Positions 8,407-16,769 of a DNA stretch of 46,497 nt are shown here, piece after piece. The position numbers were made by a program, and so were the translations under genes. Below the pieces are notes generated by a model. The model was not told the origin of the DNA and searched no databases. It saw only the letters and a program-made list of their open reading frames with translations. The stretch is from a virus (taxonomy: Duplodnaviria > Caudoviricetes), in the IMG/VR virus record IMGVR_UViG_3300020045_007216, positions 1 to 46,497 of that record; one strand, written 5' to 3'. Each line of letters begins with the position of its first letter. The stretch's first letter is position 1.

Positions 8407-9327
8407 TCAGCCGCGGGCGCGCAACTGCGCTTCGGTCAACACTTCGTTCTGAGCGTTGTAGAAGCTACCCGGAACGCCCGGGTGCGCCCACCAACCAGCA
8501 GGCGGGAAGGCAGCGGTCGGTGGGGCGGGGGGCGCCGGCGGCTCCATATACGCAGTGTGCGGTGCAGGCGGCGGGACCGGTGCTGCTGGAGCGGCTGGCG
8601 GTGCAGGGGGGCTAGGCGGGGCTGCCGGCGCAGCAGGCGCGACGGGGTGACGGGCACGCAGCTCGGCCTCGCTCAGCACCTCCTGACCCATGAAGAAGTA
8701 ACCGGGCGCGGTAGGATGCGCGGCCCAGCCGACCGGTGGGAAGGGGCCGCCCGGCGCTGGGGGTACGCCTGGGGCGGCTGGCACACGAGCACCGCCGAAT
8801 GCAGCTTTAACCTGGTCCTTGGCCATGCCGGCGGCACCGATGCTCAGGCGCGGAGCTTTGCCGTCGATAATCTGCACACCGTCAAGCCCGTAGTTCACGC
8901 CCTTTTGCTTGTTGTCGTAGGCATAGGCGTGTACGAGCAGACGAACGACCGAACCGTTGTACAGCTGTGGGCCGTAGGTCATCGGATTGAGCTCGGCGCC
9001 GTTGATATCGTACACAGGCGGAGCGCCCTGGATCGTGCCGGCGCTGAAGCAGACGCGGCCCGGCAGCTCAGGGAATTTCTCGGCGTCGATAGGGCTGATC
9101 GGATCGTTGCCTGGCTGGGAGACCGAAACGCCCTTTTTGTTGCTGTCGCGCAGGGCTTTCTGACGCAGCTCACGCAGTTCGGCAACTTCCGGCGCGTTCG
9201 GGTCAACGGCGATACGGAGGTTCCAGGACTGGTTGCCGGACGTCTCATTGACGTCAGGTTTGGTCACCGCTTCCCAGATGATTACGCCATCGCAACTGAT
9301 AACGTGTGAATCGTCATGCCATGCCAT
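8407..9327 (-). CDS. ssDNA-binding protein (DUF2815/gp2.5-like) with Pro-rich tail and two WW-like repeats
   Basis: LYNGSVVR...AYAYDNKQKGVNYGLDGVQII motif; lies between the nuclease and the polymerase. Confidence 0.8.
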   Translation of the reverse strand: MAWHDDSHVISCDGVIIWEAVTKPDVNETSGNQSWNLRIAVDPNAPEVAELRELRQKALRDSNKKGVSVSQPGNDPISPIDAEKFPELPGRVCFSAGTIQGAPPVYDINGAELNPMTYGPQLYNGSVVRLLVHAYAYDNKQKGVNYGLDGVQIIDGKAPRLSIGAAGMAKDQVKAAFGGARVPAAPGVPPAPGGPFPPVGWAAHPTAPGYFFMGQEVLSEAELRARHPVAPAAPAAPPSPPAPPAAPAAPVPPPAPHTAYMEPPAPPAPPTAAFPPAGWWAHPGVPGSFYNAQNEVLTEAQLRARG

Positions 9328-10482
9328 TTATTTAGCTCCAAATGCTCGGCTTGCGAGCGTTTCTGTTTTCAATTTCAGGGCCTTTGAACCCTGCTTGGGC
9401 GTACTGTATTCGGCTATGAACTCAGTGTCAAAGCCTTTTTTCTTGAAGGCCGCCATGGCCTGCGTGGGGGTGATCGGCTCGGGTTTTTTGGCCAGTTTCA
9501 CGCCAACAGCCTCGCCCATGGCCAGGACCTCTTCGACTGGGACCGCCCACTCCCGACCCTTGCCCGGATTGTTTTCAATGGCGAAATGCGGGCTGAATTC
9601 GCCTTTCCCGAGCTGGTACTCGACCTGCTCACTGAGCGCCGTTTCTGCGGCTTTGAGCTGTTCCAGTGCCGAGCGGACAAAGATCAACTCCCGCCCTGCT
9701 GCCTCAATTGGCATCTGCGCTGGCCAGGCGCGGGACACCCAGTCGATATTGGCCCCGGTGTTGCGCAAAAACGTAGGGCAAGCGCGCCGCCCCGGGCAGT
9801 CTCGGCAATGTGGGCCCAGCGACGGCCGGGCGCTGAGCGCATGGGTTACCGCCTCATCGGCTGAGCGCCGCATGCGGTCCCATAGCGGACGCAGGTTTTT
9901 ACCCGTGGTTTCCCATGTCGAGGCCGCCGGCCGGTTGTGATAAACACGAGGCTGTTCGATGTGAAAAAACACCTTGGCGTTGTCGATTTGGGTCTCGCTC
10001 AACTCCAGTCGTTCAAATTCCCCGAACGTGTACGCCGCCTGTTGTAGGTTCTCGAACGGCGTGACGGACCGGTGGCCGAACTTGTAGTCAACGTTGTGGT
10101 ACTCGCCGCATTCTTCTAGCAGGACGATCGAGGCGTCGGGCGTACCGAACATCAGGCGATGAATCCCGTTCATCGTCAGCCGCTCTTCAAGCCGGACGCG
10201 ACTCATGGCTTTATGAGGGTTGGCGATGGCAAAAACCCGATTTACGAAGTCCCGGCCCGCGTCGATCATTTCCTGCGTGACCATTACGCCTTCTGGGCTC
10301 AGCTCACCGACCGTCGGGACGTGGGTTTTAATCATCGAGTACCAGACCCAATGGGCCGCCGTACCTTCCGGCCCTGCCGGATCTTCGCTCAGGGCTGGGT
10401 ATGCCTCGCTCAAAGCCACCGACAGGGGGCACGGAGCCCACCTGAAAGCGCTTGAAGGGGCTAGGCGGCTATGCGCGCTCAC
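9328..10482 (-). CDS. Cas4-like PD-(D/E)XK exonuclease (DUF2800)
   Basis: HSRLAPSSAFRWAPCP, EGTAAH, GTPD, DYKFG, CxxC...CP. Confidence 0.88.
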   Translation of the reverse strand: MSAHSRLAPSSAFRWAPCPLSVALSEAYPALSEDPAGPEGTAAHWVWYSMIKTHVPTVGELSPEGVMVTQEMIDAGRDFVNRVFAIANPHKAMSRVRLEERLTMNGIHRLMFGTPDASIVLLEECGEYHNVDYKFGHRSVTPFENLQQAAYTFGEFERLELSETQIDNAKVFFHIEQPRVYHNRPAASTWETTGKNLRPLWDRMRRSADEAVTHALSARPSLGPHCRDCPGRRACPTFLRNTGANIDWVSRAWPAQMPIEAAGRELIFVRSALEQLKAAETALSEQVEYQLGKGEFSPHFAIENNPGKGREWAVPVEEVLAMGEAVGVKLAKKPEPITPTQAMAAFKKKGFDTEFIAEYSTPKQGSKALKLKTETLASRAFGAK

Positions 10483-11258
10483 TCGCCACCGGGCAGGGCG
10501 ACGGTATTGACGGCGTCGAGCAGCTCTTGCGCCAGTTCGGGTTTCGTTTTCACCAGGTTCATGAACTCGGGCAGGCCTTTGAGGCCGACCATTTCCAGCG
10601 CCATGTCCTGTTGTTCTTGCGGCAAACGGTTGTTCTTTTTCAGCTCGGTGATCAGCTTGAACACCGTGGCGGCCGTCGGGCCTGCTGGCGCCTCGGGCGC
10701 AGCGTCAACAACTGGAGGCGGGGGTGGCGGCGCATCTGCACCCGGCGCTTGGACAGGTGGCGGCGGTGGGGGCGGAACATCGCCAGCGCCAGCCGGTGCA
10801 GTCGTCGAAGCATTCGCAACCACAGGTGGCGGTGGAGGGGTTTCGGATGAAGCAGCGTTTCCCAGAGCCGCACGCAGCTCAGCTTCGATACCCGGCACGA
10901 TGTCTTTATTCACACCGCGCAGGGCCTTCCAGCTTCCGTCCTGGTTCTTGCCTTTGGTGCTTGCATGGATACGGGCGTCCCACGGTAACCCGTTAACGTC
11001 CAGATCGCCGGAGTCGATATTCTGCGCGTCCGGGGCAGGGGCAACCGGTGGTGGAGGCGGGGTCGAACCCGGCGAGGCACCAGGCGCATCGGGCCGTGCG
11101 TTTCCCTCAACGGCCGGCAGTTTCTGCGGGGCTACGGTTTCAGCAACGGCGCCCAGAGTAACTTCAACACCCGCCATGGTATTGAGGAACGCCGCAAGGG
11201 CTTTGAGAGTTTTCGGCGGCTCGTTTTCCGGATCGATCAATTCGATTTTGAGGGTCAT
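10479..11258 (-). CDS. Hypothetical protein with polyproline linkers
   Basis: Compact core DVNGLPWDARIHASTKGKNQDGSWK flanked by four poly-P tracts; first gene of the leftward operon. Confidence 0.8.
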   Translation of the reverse strand: MTLKIELIDPENEPPKTLKALAAFLNTMAGVEVTLGAVAETVAPQKLPAVEGNARPDAPGASPGSTPPPPPVAPAPDAQNIDSGDLDVNGLPWDARIHASTKGKNQDGSWKALRGVNKDIVPGIEAELRAALGNAASSETPPPPPVVANASTTAPAGAGDVPPPPPPPVQAPGADAPPPPPPVVDAAPEAPAGPTAATVFKLITELKKNNRLPQEQQDMALEMVGLKGLPEFMNLVKTKPELAQELLDAVNTVALPGGE

Positions 11259-11300
11259 TTTTACTACCTGAACGGTGGGTGATGGTTGACGACAGGGCGA

Positions 11301-11329
11301 AGATTATTCAGACTTGCACACAATGTCAA
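11301..11329 (-). promoter_or_regulatory. Promoter family copy for the leftward replication operon; overlaps a possible rightward promoter (TTGACG 11286 / CAGACT 11309)
   Basis: TTGACA-TTGTGTGCAAGTCTGAA-TAATCT. Confidence 0.8.
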
Positions 11330-11343
11330 CCGGGAATTTTTCA

Positions 11344-13296
11344 ATGAGCGCGTTTGATTTCAAGGCGAGCCTAATCGCCAGCGCAGTGCGTAAAACAGTG
11401 TCGCTGCGGCCTTATCAGTTGAAAGCCGAACAGGCGCTATATCTTGAATGGGACGTGGGGCACAAAAACGTCCTTGTGGTGATCCCAACGGGCGGGGGCA
11501 AAACTCGGCTCATCGCTTCGGTGATTTCCCGGCATGTGGGCGGGGCCTGTATTTTCGCACATCGCAAGGAACTGGTGGCGCAACTGGCCGGTACGCTGAA
11601 CGAATTCGGGATCCCGTTTCGACTGATCTGCGACCCTAAAGACCGTAAAGCAATCATCGCCGGGATTCTGCGTAAACAGGGCGTTTGCTATCACGACACG
11701 AACGCCGCGGTATCCGTGGCCAGCGCCGGCACCCTGTGGCGGATCCCGAAAGGCAAGAACGCGGCGCAGTATCGGGCGTATTTCGCATCGGTCACGCTGT
11801 GGGTATGCGATGAGGCGCATCACCAGCAGGCGGAAGGTGACGGCTCGGGCAAGGGCAACCAGTGGGCCAAGTGTGTGCAGGCGTTCCCGCACCCGAACCT
11901 AAAAGGCCTGGGCGTCACCGCAACACCGGCGCGATCGGACGGCGGCGGCCTGAGCCGGGAAACGGACGGCATGTTCGATGCCATGGTGATGGGCCCAACC
12001 CTGGCCGACCTGTTTGAAGACGGCTATCTGTGCCCCTACGATAAAATCTGCGTGCCCTGCCGTGTCGACTACGACCACATCGACGTGGGTGCAAGCGGCG
12101 AATTCGTTCAGGCAAAACTCGTTGCGGCGGAGGACGCAGACGAGGGACTGGTGGGTGATATCGTCGATAACTATCACCGTTTCGCGCCCGGCCTGAAAGG
12201 TATCTGTTTTGTTTCCAGTGTCGCCAAGGCTGAAGAAACCGCCCGGCGTTTCCGCGAATCAGGGGTGCCGGCGCTGGCGCTCAGTGGCGACACCGAAGAC
12301 GATATTCGGGATGCAGCTAAAGAGGACCTGGAGTCGGGCAAGCTGATGATGCTGGTGAACTGCAACCTCTACGGCGAAGGCAACGACCTGCCGGCGGTAG
12401 AAGTGGTGATTCTGGGCACAGGTACGGCCAGTCTGCCCCGGTTCATGCAATGGGTCGGCCGCCTCTATCGCCTGTTCCTGCACAAATGGCAGTGGGTCGG
12501 GTACGACGAAATCACGGCGGCCGAACGCCGCCAGCGCATCGCCGAAAGTCCTAAGCCGAAAGGCGTGTTGATCGACCATGGTTCCAACATCGTTCGCTTC
12601 AACGGGCCGCCCGAGGCACCACACCGTACCTGGCAACTGGGTCGGTCATCGAAGAAATCCAAAGCCGGCGAAACGGTGCCCTACCGCGTGTGCGCGAACC
12701 CCGGCCTGCGCCTGGCCAACCCCGACGGCCCGACCTGGGAGGCGTTCAGGGCAATCGGCTGGACGAACAACGCCATGCTAAGCGCCGGCCATTTACTGGA
12801 ATCGCCGCTGCCGTGTGCGCAGCCCTACGAACGGGTTTTCAAGGCGTGCCCCCACTGTGGATTTTTCCCCGAGCCGATCAGCCGTACGGATCCTGAACAC
12901 GTCGACGGCGACCTGACGCTGTTGACCGAAGAAATGCTGCAAGAGTTGTACGCCAGCGTGCGCGAGAAAGTGCCGACGCTTGAGGAATATCAAACCTGGT
13001 TAGCGTCAAGAAAAGTGCCGCAAATCGGATATGCCGCGCAGTCGAACCGGCACCGGGCGCACTTGGCCGAAATCGCACACCTCAAATGGGTAATGGCCAT
13101 GTGGGGCGGCTGGCGTAAACAGAAAGGCGATGACGACTCACAAATGCAGCGCCGCTTCTACCACCTGTTTGGACTTGACGTGATAAGCGCCCAGGGTCTC
13201 GACGCTGGCGCGGCGGTCGAACTGCGCGAACGGATCGTCAGTAAATTAAGCCTTGACGGCGTGTCCATGCCCGAATACATTGCGGCTGTAAATTAA
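11344..13296 (+). CDS. Superfamily 2 (DEAH) helicase with C-terminal Zn ribbon
   Basis: LRPYQ, PTGGGKT, DEAHH, TATPAR, QWVGR, CPHCG; ATG 11344 preferred over TTG 11314. Confidence 0.92.
   Translation: MSAFDFKASLIASAVRKTVSLRPYQLKAEQALYLEWDVGHKNVLVVIPTGGGKTRLIASVISRHVGGACIFAHRKELVAQLAGTLNEFGIPFRLICDPKDRKAIIAGILRKQGVCYHDTNAAVSVASAGTLWRIPKGKNAAQYRAYFASVTLWVCDEAHHQQAEGDGSGKGNQWAKCVQAFPHPNLKGLGVTATPARSDGGGLSRETDGMFDAMVMGPTLADLFEDGYLCPYDKICVPCRVDYDHIDVGASGEFVQAKLVAAEDADEGLVGDIVDNYHRFAPGLKGICFVSSVAKAEETARRFRESGVPALALSGDTEDDIRDAAKEDLESGKLMMLVNCNLYGEGNDLPAVEVVILGTGTASLPRFMQWVGRLYRLFLHKWQWVGYDEITAAERRQRIAESPKPKGVLIDHGSNIVRFNGPPEAPHRTWQLGRSSKKSKAGETVPYRVCANPGLRLANPDGPTWEAFRAIGWTNNAMLSAGHLLESPLPCAQPYERVFKACPHCGFFPEPISRTDPEHVDGDLTLLTEEMLQELYASVREKVPTLEEYQTWLASRKVPQIGYAAQSNRHRAHLAEIAHLKWVMAMWGGWRKQKGDDDSQMQRRFYHLFGLDVISAQGLDAGAAVELRERIVSKLSLDGVSMPEYIAAVN
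13253..13281 (+). promoter_or_regulatory. Promoter family copy upstream of MazG
   Basis: TTGACG-GCGTGTCCATGCCCGAA-TACATT. Confidence 0.7.
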
Positions 13297-13315
13297 ACGA
13301 ACCGGAGTAAATGAA

Positions 13316-13831
13316 ATGACCGATTACCGGAAGACCTATCCGACCAGTCCTGCCGCCGCCCGAGTTGAGGACGCCGAAAAAGTTATCCGCAGCTTTATTC
13401 AACAGGATCGAGCTGAAGGTAAAGAACATCCCTTGCTGGATAGCGTTTACGTCCCTCGGGCCTTTGAAGGAGCGCGGGAACTTCAAGACCTTTGCCACGG
13501 CCTTGCCGCCCGCTCCGGTTGGTGGACTTCGCGCCTGACTGGAAAGCCCCTCGATCTGACGCAGGTGAACATCGGTGAAAAACTGATGCTGATCGTCAGC
13601 GAAGTCGCCGAAGCGATGGAAGGCGATCGCAAAGACCTGATGGACGACAAGCTGCCGCACCGCAAGATGCTCGAAGTCGAACTGGCGGACGCCCTGATCC
13701 GTATTTTCGACCTGGCCGGTTTTCTGCAACTGGACCTGGCCGGCGCGACGATTGAAAAACTGGCGTTCAACCAGGAGCGCGCAGATCACAAGATCGAAAA
13801 CCGCAACGCACCAGGCGGGAAGGCGTACTGA
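13316..13831 (+). CDS. MazG-like NTP pyrophosphohydrolase
   Basis: LIVSEVAEAME...EVELADALIRIFD (ExxE...ExxD) motif. Confidence 0.85.
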   Translation: MTDYRKTYPTSPAAARVEDAEKVIRSFIQQDRAEGKEHPLLDSVYVPRAFEGARELQDLCHGLAARSGWWTSRLTGKPLDLTQVNIGEKLMLIVSEVAEAMEGDRKDLMDDKLPHRKMLEVELADALIRIFDLAGFLQLDLAGATIEKLAFNQERADHKIENRNAPGGKAY

Positions 13832-14001
13832 TGACACCGGCCTGCCGAAAATGCGGGAACCGTGAAGTGGTGCGCCTCAGCACCCTTCAACGGGTTCATT
13901 GCACCGATTGCAATACCGAAACGCCCTGGCTGCTCAAAACCGATCAGGCGCCGTTGATAAACTCGAACCGTGGAGACCGTAGAAATGTGCCTGATCAGTG
14001 A
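13831..14001 (+). CDS. Small Zn-ribbon protein (56 aa; not in the ORF track)
   Basis: MTPACRKC...HCTDC...; TGATG coupling to the MazG stop. Confidence 0.6.
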   Translation: MTPACRKCGNREVVRLSTLQRVHCTDCNTETPWLLKTDQAPLINSNRGDRRNVPDQ

Positions 14002-14512
14002 CTGGGCAAACCGCCGGCGGATTCCTGCCGACGCCCTGGCCGAGCTGTTCGGCCTGTTGGGCTATGAGCCTGACGTGCCGGAAACCTGCCAGGGTAAAGA
14101 GGAATCCTATGTGCAATCAATGATTCGCCTGGCCGCGGCGGCGCAGGCATATAACCTGGGTCGCAACAACCGCGGCGCCCTGCCGAACGAAGCCGGGGTG
14201 CCGATCCGTTTCGGCTGGCTGAACGATACTGCCGCGCTCGACAAGGTGTGCAAAACCGGTGACCTGATCGGCTACCAGTCGGGATGGTTTCGGGACTTCG
14301 AGACCTTCGAGCCGGTCAAGGTGGCAGTGTTCGCGATGGTTGAGTGCAAGAAGGCATCCTGGTCGGGCTTCAACCCCAAGGACAAGCGCGAGACAGCGCA
14401 AAACCGTGCGATCCAAATGGTACTGGCTGGCGGCGGGATTGCCTGTTTCAGCACCGGCCAGTTGCCGGCAGGCGTTCGGTTCCCAGCGTTGACTAATGAG
14501 GTGCCGATGTGA
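13985..14512 (+). CDS. VRR-NUC-like endonuclease/resolvase
   Basis: EESYVQ...RNNRGA...GDLIG...VECKK...Q...GGIA pattern. Confidence 0.75.
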   Translation: MCLISDWANRRRIPADALAELFGLLGYEPDVPETCQGKEESYVQSMIRLAAAAQAYNLGRNNRGALPNEAGVPIRFGWLNDTAALDKVCKTGDLIGYQSGWFRDFETFEPVKVAVFAMVECKKASWSGFNPKDKRETAQNRAIQMVLAGGGIACFSTGQLPAGVRFPALTNEVPM

Positions 14513-14703
14513 CCATTTACCTCACGCCCTACGACCCGGCCGACGAACGCAAGCGCTGCACGGGCCCCAGCGAAGATATCGGGGTGCCAGACTTCGAGTC
14601 GGCAATCGACCTGTTCGGGACGGACTGGATCGAGCGCCTGCCGCGGTGCATCACCTATGCCGATTTTGCTGTCAGCGATTTCGTGTTGAGTCGGCAGCCG
14701 TGA
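14509..14703 (+). CDS. Hypothetical protein
   Basis: GTGA overlaps on both sides; GAGG SD. Confidence 0.55.
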   Translation: MTIYLTPYDPADERKRCTGPSEDIGVPDFESAIDLFGTDWIERLPRCITYADFAVSDFVLSRQP

Positions 14704-15518
14704 CCGCGTTTTACAATGAAATCGACCCCTATGCGGCGCAATGGCTGCGCAACCTGATTGCCGCCGGGCACATCGCACCTGGGGTTGTCGACGAACGATC
14801 AATTCAGGATATCCGACCGGATGAACTCGCAGGTTTTACCCAATGCCACTTCTTCGCTGGGATCGGCGTCTGGAGTCTCGCACTCCGGCGCGCAGGTTGG
14901 CCAGACGACCGGCCTGTTTGGACCGGATCCTGTCCTTGCCAGCCTTTCTCCGCGGCAGGCGCGGGAGCTGGGTTTTCTGATCCACGCCACCTGTGGCCAG
15001 ACTTTGCCTGGCACATCGACCAGTGTCGCCCTGCAGTCTTCTTTGGAGAACAAGTTGCGAGTGATGACGCAGGCGCTTGGCTCGACCTTGTACACACTGA
15101 CCTGGAAGCCATGGGTTACGCCGTTGGGGCCATCGCGTTCCCGTCTGCGGGCGTCGGCGCGCCGCATATCCGAGATCGGATCTATTTTGTCGCCAGCGGG
15201 CTGGCCGACGCCTGCGGCCAGCGATCACAAAGGTGGCTACCAGGGGGGCAGGATCCGCAACGGCAAGCTTTCAACCGATCGCTTGGATGTCTGCGCGCAG
15301 ATAGCGACCGGGGGGCGGTTAACGGTTTCTGGAGGGGCGCAGACTGGTTGGTCTGCCGCGACGGGAAACAACGTCCAATTGGACCCGGGATTGAGCCGTT
15401 GGTTAATGGGGCTGCCGCCAGAGTGGTGCGCGCTCGCTCCTACGGAAACGCCATCAATGCTCAAGCGGCGCAAGAGTTCATAGCGGCGTACCTTGACGCA
15501 GTGTGCATAAGCGAATAG
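14700..15518 (+). CDS. C5 cytosine DNA methyltransferase, large (alpha) chain, permuted motif order
   Basis: YNEIDPYA (II), FFAGIG (I), GSCPCQPFS (IV), GEQV (VI), HIRDRIYFV (VIII), YGNAI (X); motif IX absent; start GTG 14700. Confidence 0.88.
   Translation: MTAFYNEIDPYAAQWLRNLIAAGHIAPGVVDERSIQDIRPDELAGFTQCHFFAGIGVWSLALRRAGWPDDRPVWTGSCPCQPFSAAGAGAGFSDPRHLWPDFAWHIDQCRPAVFFGEQVASDDAGAWLDLVHTDLEAMGYAVGAIAFPSAGVGAPHIRDRIYFVASGLADACGQRSQRWLPGGQDPQRQAFNRSLGCLRADSDRGAVNGFWRGADWLVCRDGKQRPIGPGIEPLVNGAAARVVRARSYGNAINAQAAQEFIAAYLDAVCISE
14821..15483 (+). CDS. Nested +1-frame small (beta) subunit of the C5 MTase
   Basis: 220-codon open frame inside the MTase gene with WPTP and LDPGLSRWLMGLPPEW (motif IX-like). 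Confidence 0.75.
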   Translation: MNSQVLPNATSSLGSASGVSHSGAQVGQTTGLFGPDPVLASLSPRQARELGFLIHATCGQTLPGTSTSVALQSSLENKLRVMTQALGSTLYTLTWKPWVTPLGPSRSRLRASARRISEIGSILSPAGWPTPAASDHKGGYQGGRIRNGKLSTDRLDVCAQIATGGRLTVSGGAQTGWSAATGNNVQLDPGLSRWLMGLPPEWCALAPTETPSMLKRRKSS

Positions 15519-15521
15519 TCT
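15493..15521 (+). promoter_or_regulatory. Promoter family copy
   Basis: TTGACG-CAGTGTGCATAAGCGAA-TAGTCT. Confidence 0.75.
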
Positions 15522-15552
15522 AGCGGCATATTTCTAATAGCGAGTTTCTATC

Positions 15553-16095
15553 ATGATCCCGGATTCGGCGATTAACGACGCGGCCGTTCGGGTAGCCCGG
15601 CAGGTCGGTTACCGCAACGTCACGCGCAAGCTACTGGCCGAAGACCTGGCAAAAGCCGGCTTTTCGTCCGGGCAGACTAAACTGGTCCACAACTACCTGG
15701 TCAACTCAGGGTCCATGCGTGACGTGATCGCTTTTTTGGTGCGCAATCGTGAACGCCTCGCGCTCGTACCCGGCGATCGGGTGCCCAGTGCCAACGCCAA
15801 TTACTGGAAGGAGTACGATCGGGCCGATCTGCTGGACCAGGCCTACCGCATCGCAACGACTGAAGGTCTGTTGAACCTGACGATCCGCAAGGTCGTGCGA
15901 GCAAGCGGCTTCAGCGCCGGGACGATCCACAACTATTTCGCTGATCTGGAAGGCCTGCGGGATGAAGTGGTGCGCGAGGCGATCAAGCACGAAAACCTGC
16001 GGGTGCTGGCCGTGGCGCTCGTTCGCCGTGACCGTGAAGTGACCGCGCAAATCCCCGATCACTTGCGACAAGCGGCGTCAAAATCGCTTGCATAG
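15553..16095 (+). CDS. TetR-like HTH regulator with apparent tandem HTH domains
   Basis: LLDQAYRIATTEGLLNLTIRKVVRASGFSAGTIHNYF, plus a similar N-terminal copy INDAAVRVARQVGYRNVTRK...LVHNYL. Confidence 0.75.
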   Translation: MIPDSAINDAAVRVARQVGYRNVTRKLLAEDLAKAGFSSGQTKLVHNYLVNSGSMRDVIAFLVRNRERLALVPGDRVPSANANYWKEYDRADLLDQAYRIATTEGLLNLTIRKVVRASGFSAGTIHNYFADLEGLRDEVVREAIKHENLRVLAVALVRRDREVTAQIPDHLRQAASKSLA

Positions 16096-16116
16096 TTGTT
16101 CAAGCCCGAATAACCT
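16088..16116 (+). promoter_or_regulatory. Promoter family copy
   Basis: TTGCAT-AGTTGTTCAAGCCCGAA-TAACCT. Confidence 0.7.
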
Positions 16117-16150
16117 AACCCCTGTCCTCTAACAGATACAGGGGTTTTTT
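16117..16150 (+). terminator. Intrinsic terminator whose right arm contains the RBS of the next gene
   Basis: AACCCCTGT...ACAGGGGTT-TTTT directly followed by ATG 16151. Confidence 0.7.
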
Positions 16151-16288
16151 ATGACCGCGATATTCCCTAAACCGCTGTGCGCACCACGCAAACGGTTCTC
16201 TACCGAACAGGTCGCCCGCGCGGCAGCTTACCGGGCTCAGCGCCTGGTCGAGCCTTGTCACCACTGCAACGGATGGCACCTGAAATGA
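16151..16288 (+). CDS. Small Cys/His Zn-finger-like protein (45 aa; not in the ORF track)
   Basis: MTAIFPKPLC...EPCHHCNGWHLK; ATGA overlap with the next gene. Confidence 0.6.
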   Translation: MTAIFPKPLCAPRKRFSTEQVARAAAYRAQRLVEPCHHCNGWHLK

Positions 16289-16769
16289 CCCTGGTTATCG
16301 CTGCAACCGGCCATCGGCCGGACAAACTCGGGGGCTATGGCTCGGACGTCCACCGCCGTTTGGTCGAACTGGCCGCGCGGTACTTGGACCTTGAACAACC
16401 CACATGCGTCATTTCAGGCTTGGCCCTGGGTTGGGACCTGGCGTTCGCTGATGCGGCGCTGCTCCTGGGCCTTCCGGTGCACGGCGCCGTACCATTTGAG
16501 GGCAACAATCCCGTTGGCCGAAGCGCTCGCAAGATCAATGGCAGCGGATCGTAAACGCCTGCGCATCAGTCACCATCGTTTCACCTGGCAGCTACCACGT
16601 TGAGAAAATGCAGATCCGCAACGAATGGATGGTTAACCGGGCGCACCGCATGTGCGCGTTGTGGGACGGCTCAAACGGAGGTACTGGTAACTGCATCGGA
16701 TACGCCATGCAGAACCCCAATGTGCAGATCGACAACCTGTGGCGGCAATGGCTGGAGCTGAATCGATGA
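16285..16769 (+). pseudogene. YspA/DUF1273 SLOG-family protein split by a 1-nt frameshift at about 16501
   Basis: TGHRPDKLGGY...ISGLALGWD...AVPFEG in one frame continues as QQSRWP...MQIRNEWMV...ALWDGSNGGTGNCIGYA in the -1 frame. Confidence 0.8.

Noticed and set aside
9328-10482. Cas4-like protein as evidence of CRISPR-Cas
   Set aside because: Stand-alone DUF2800 nuclease in its usual SSB/PolA context; no array or other cas genes
5797-13831. Modified-base (e.g. dZ or 7-deazaguanine) system suggested by PolA plus MazG
   Set aside because: No PurZ, DatZ, Que/Dpd or thymidylate-synthase-like genes seen
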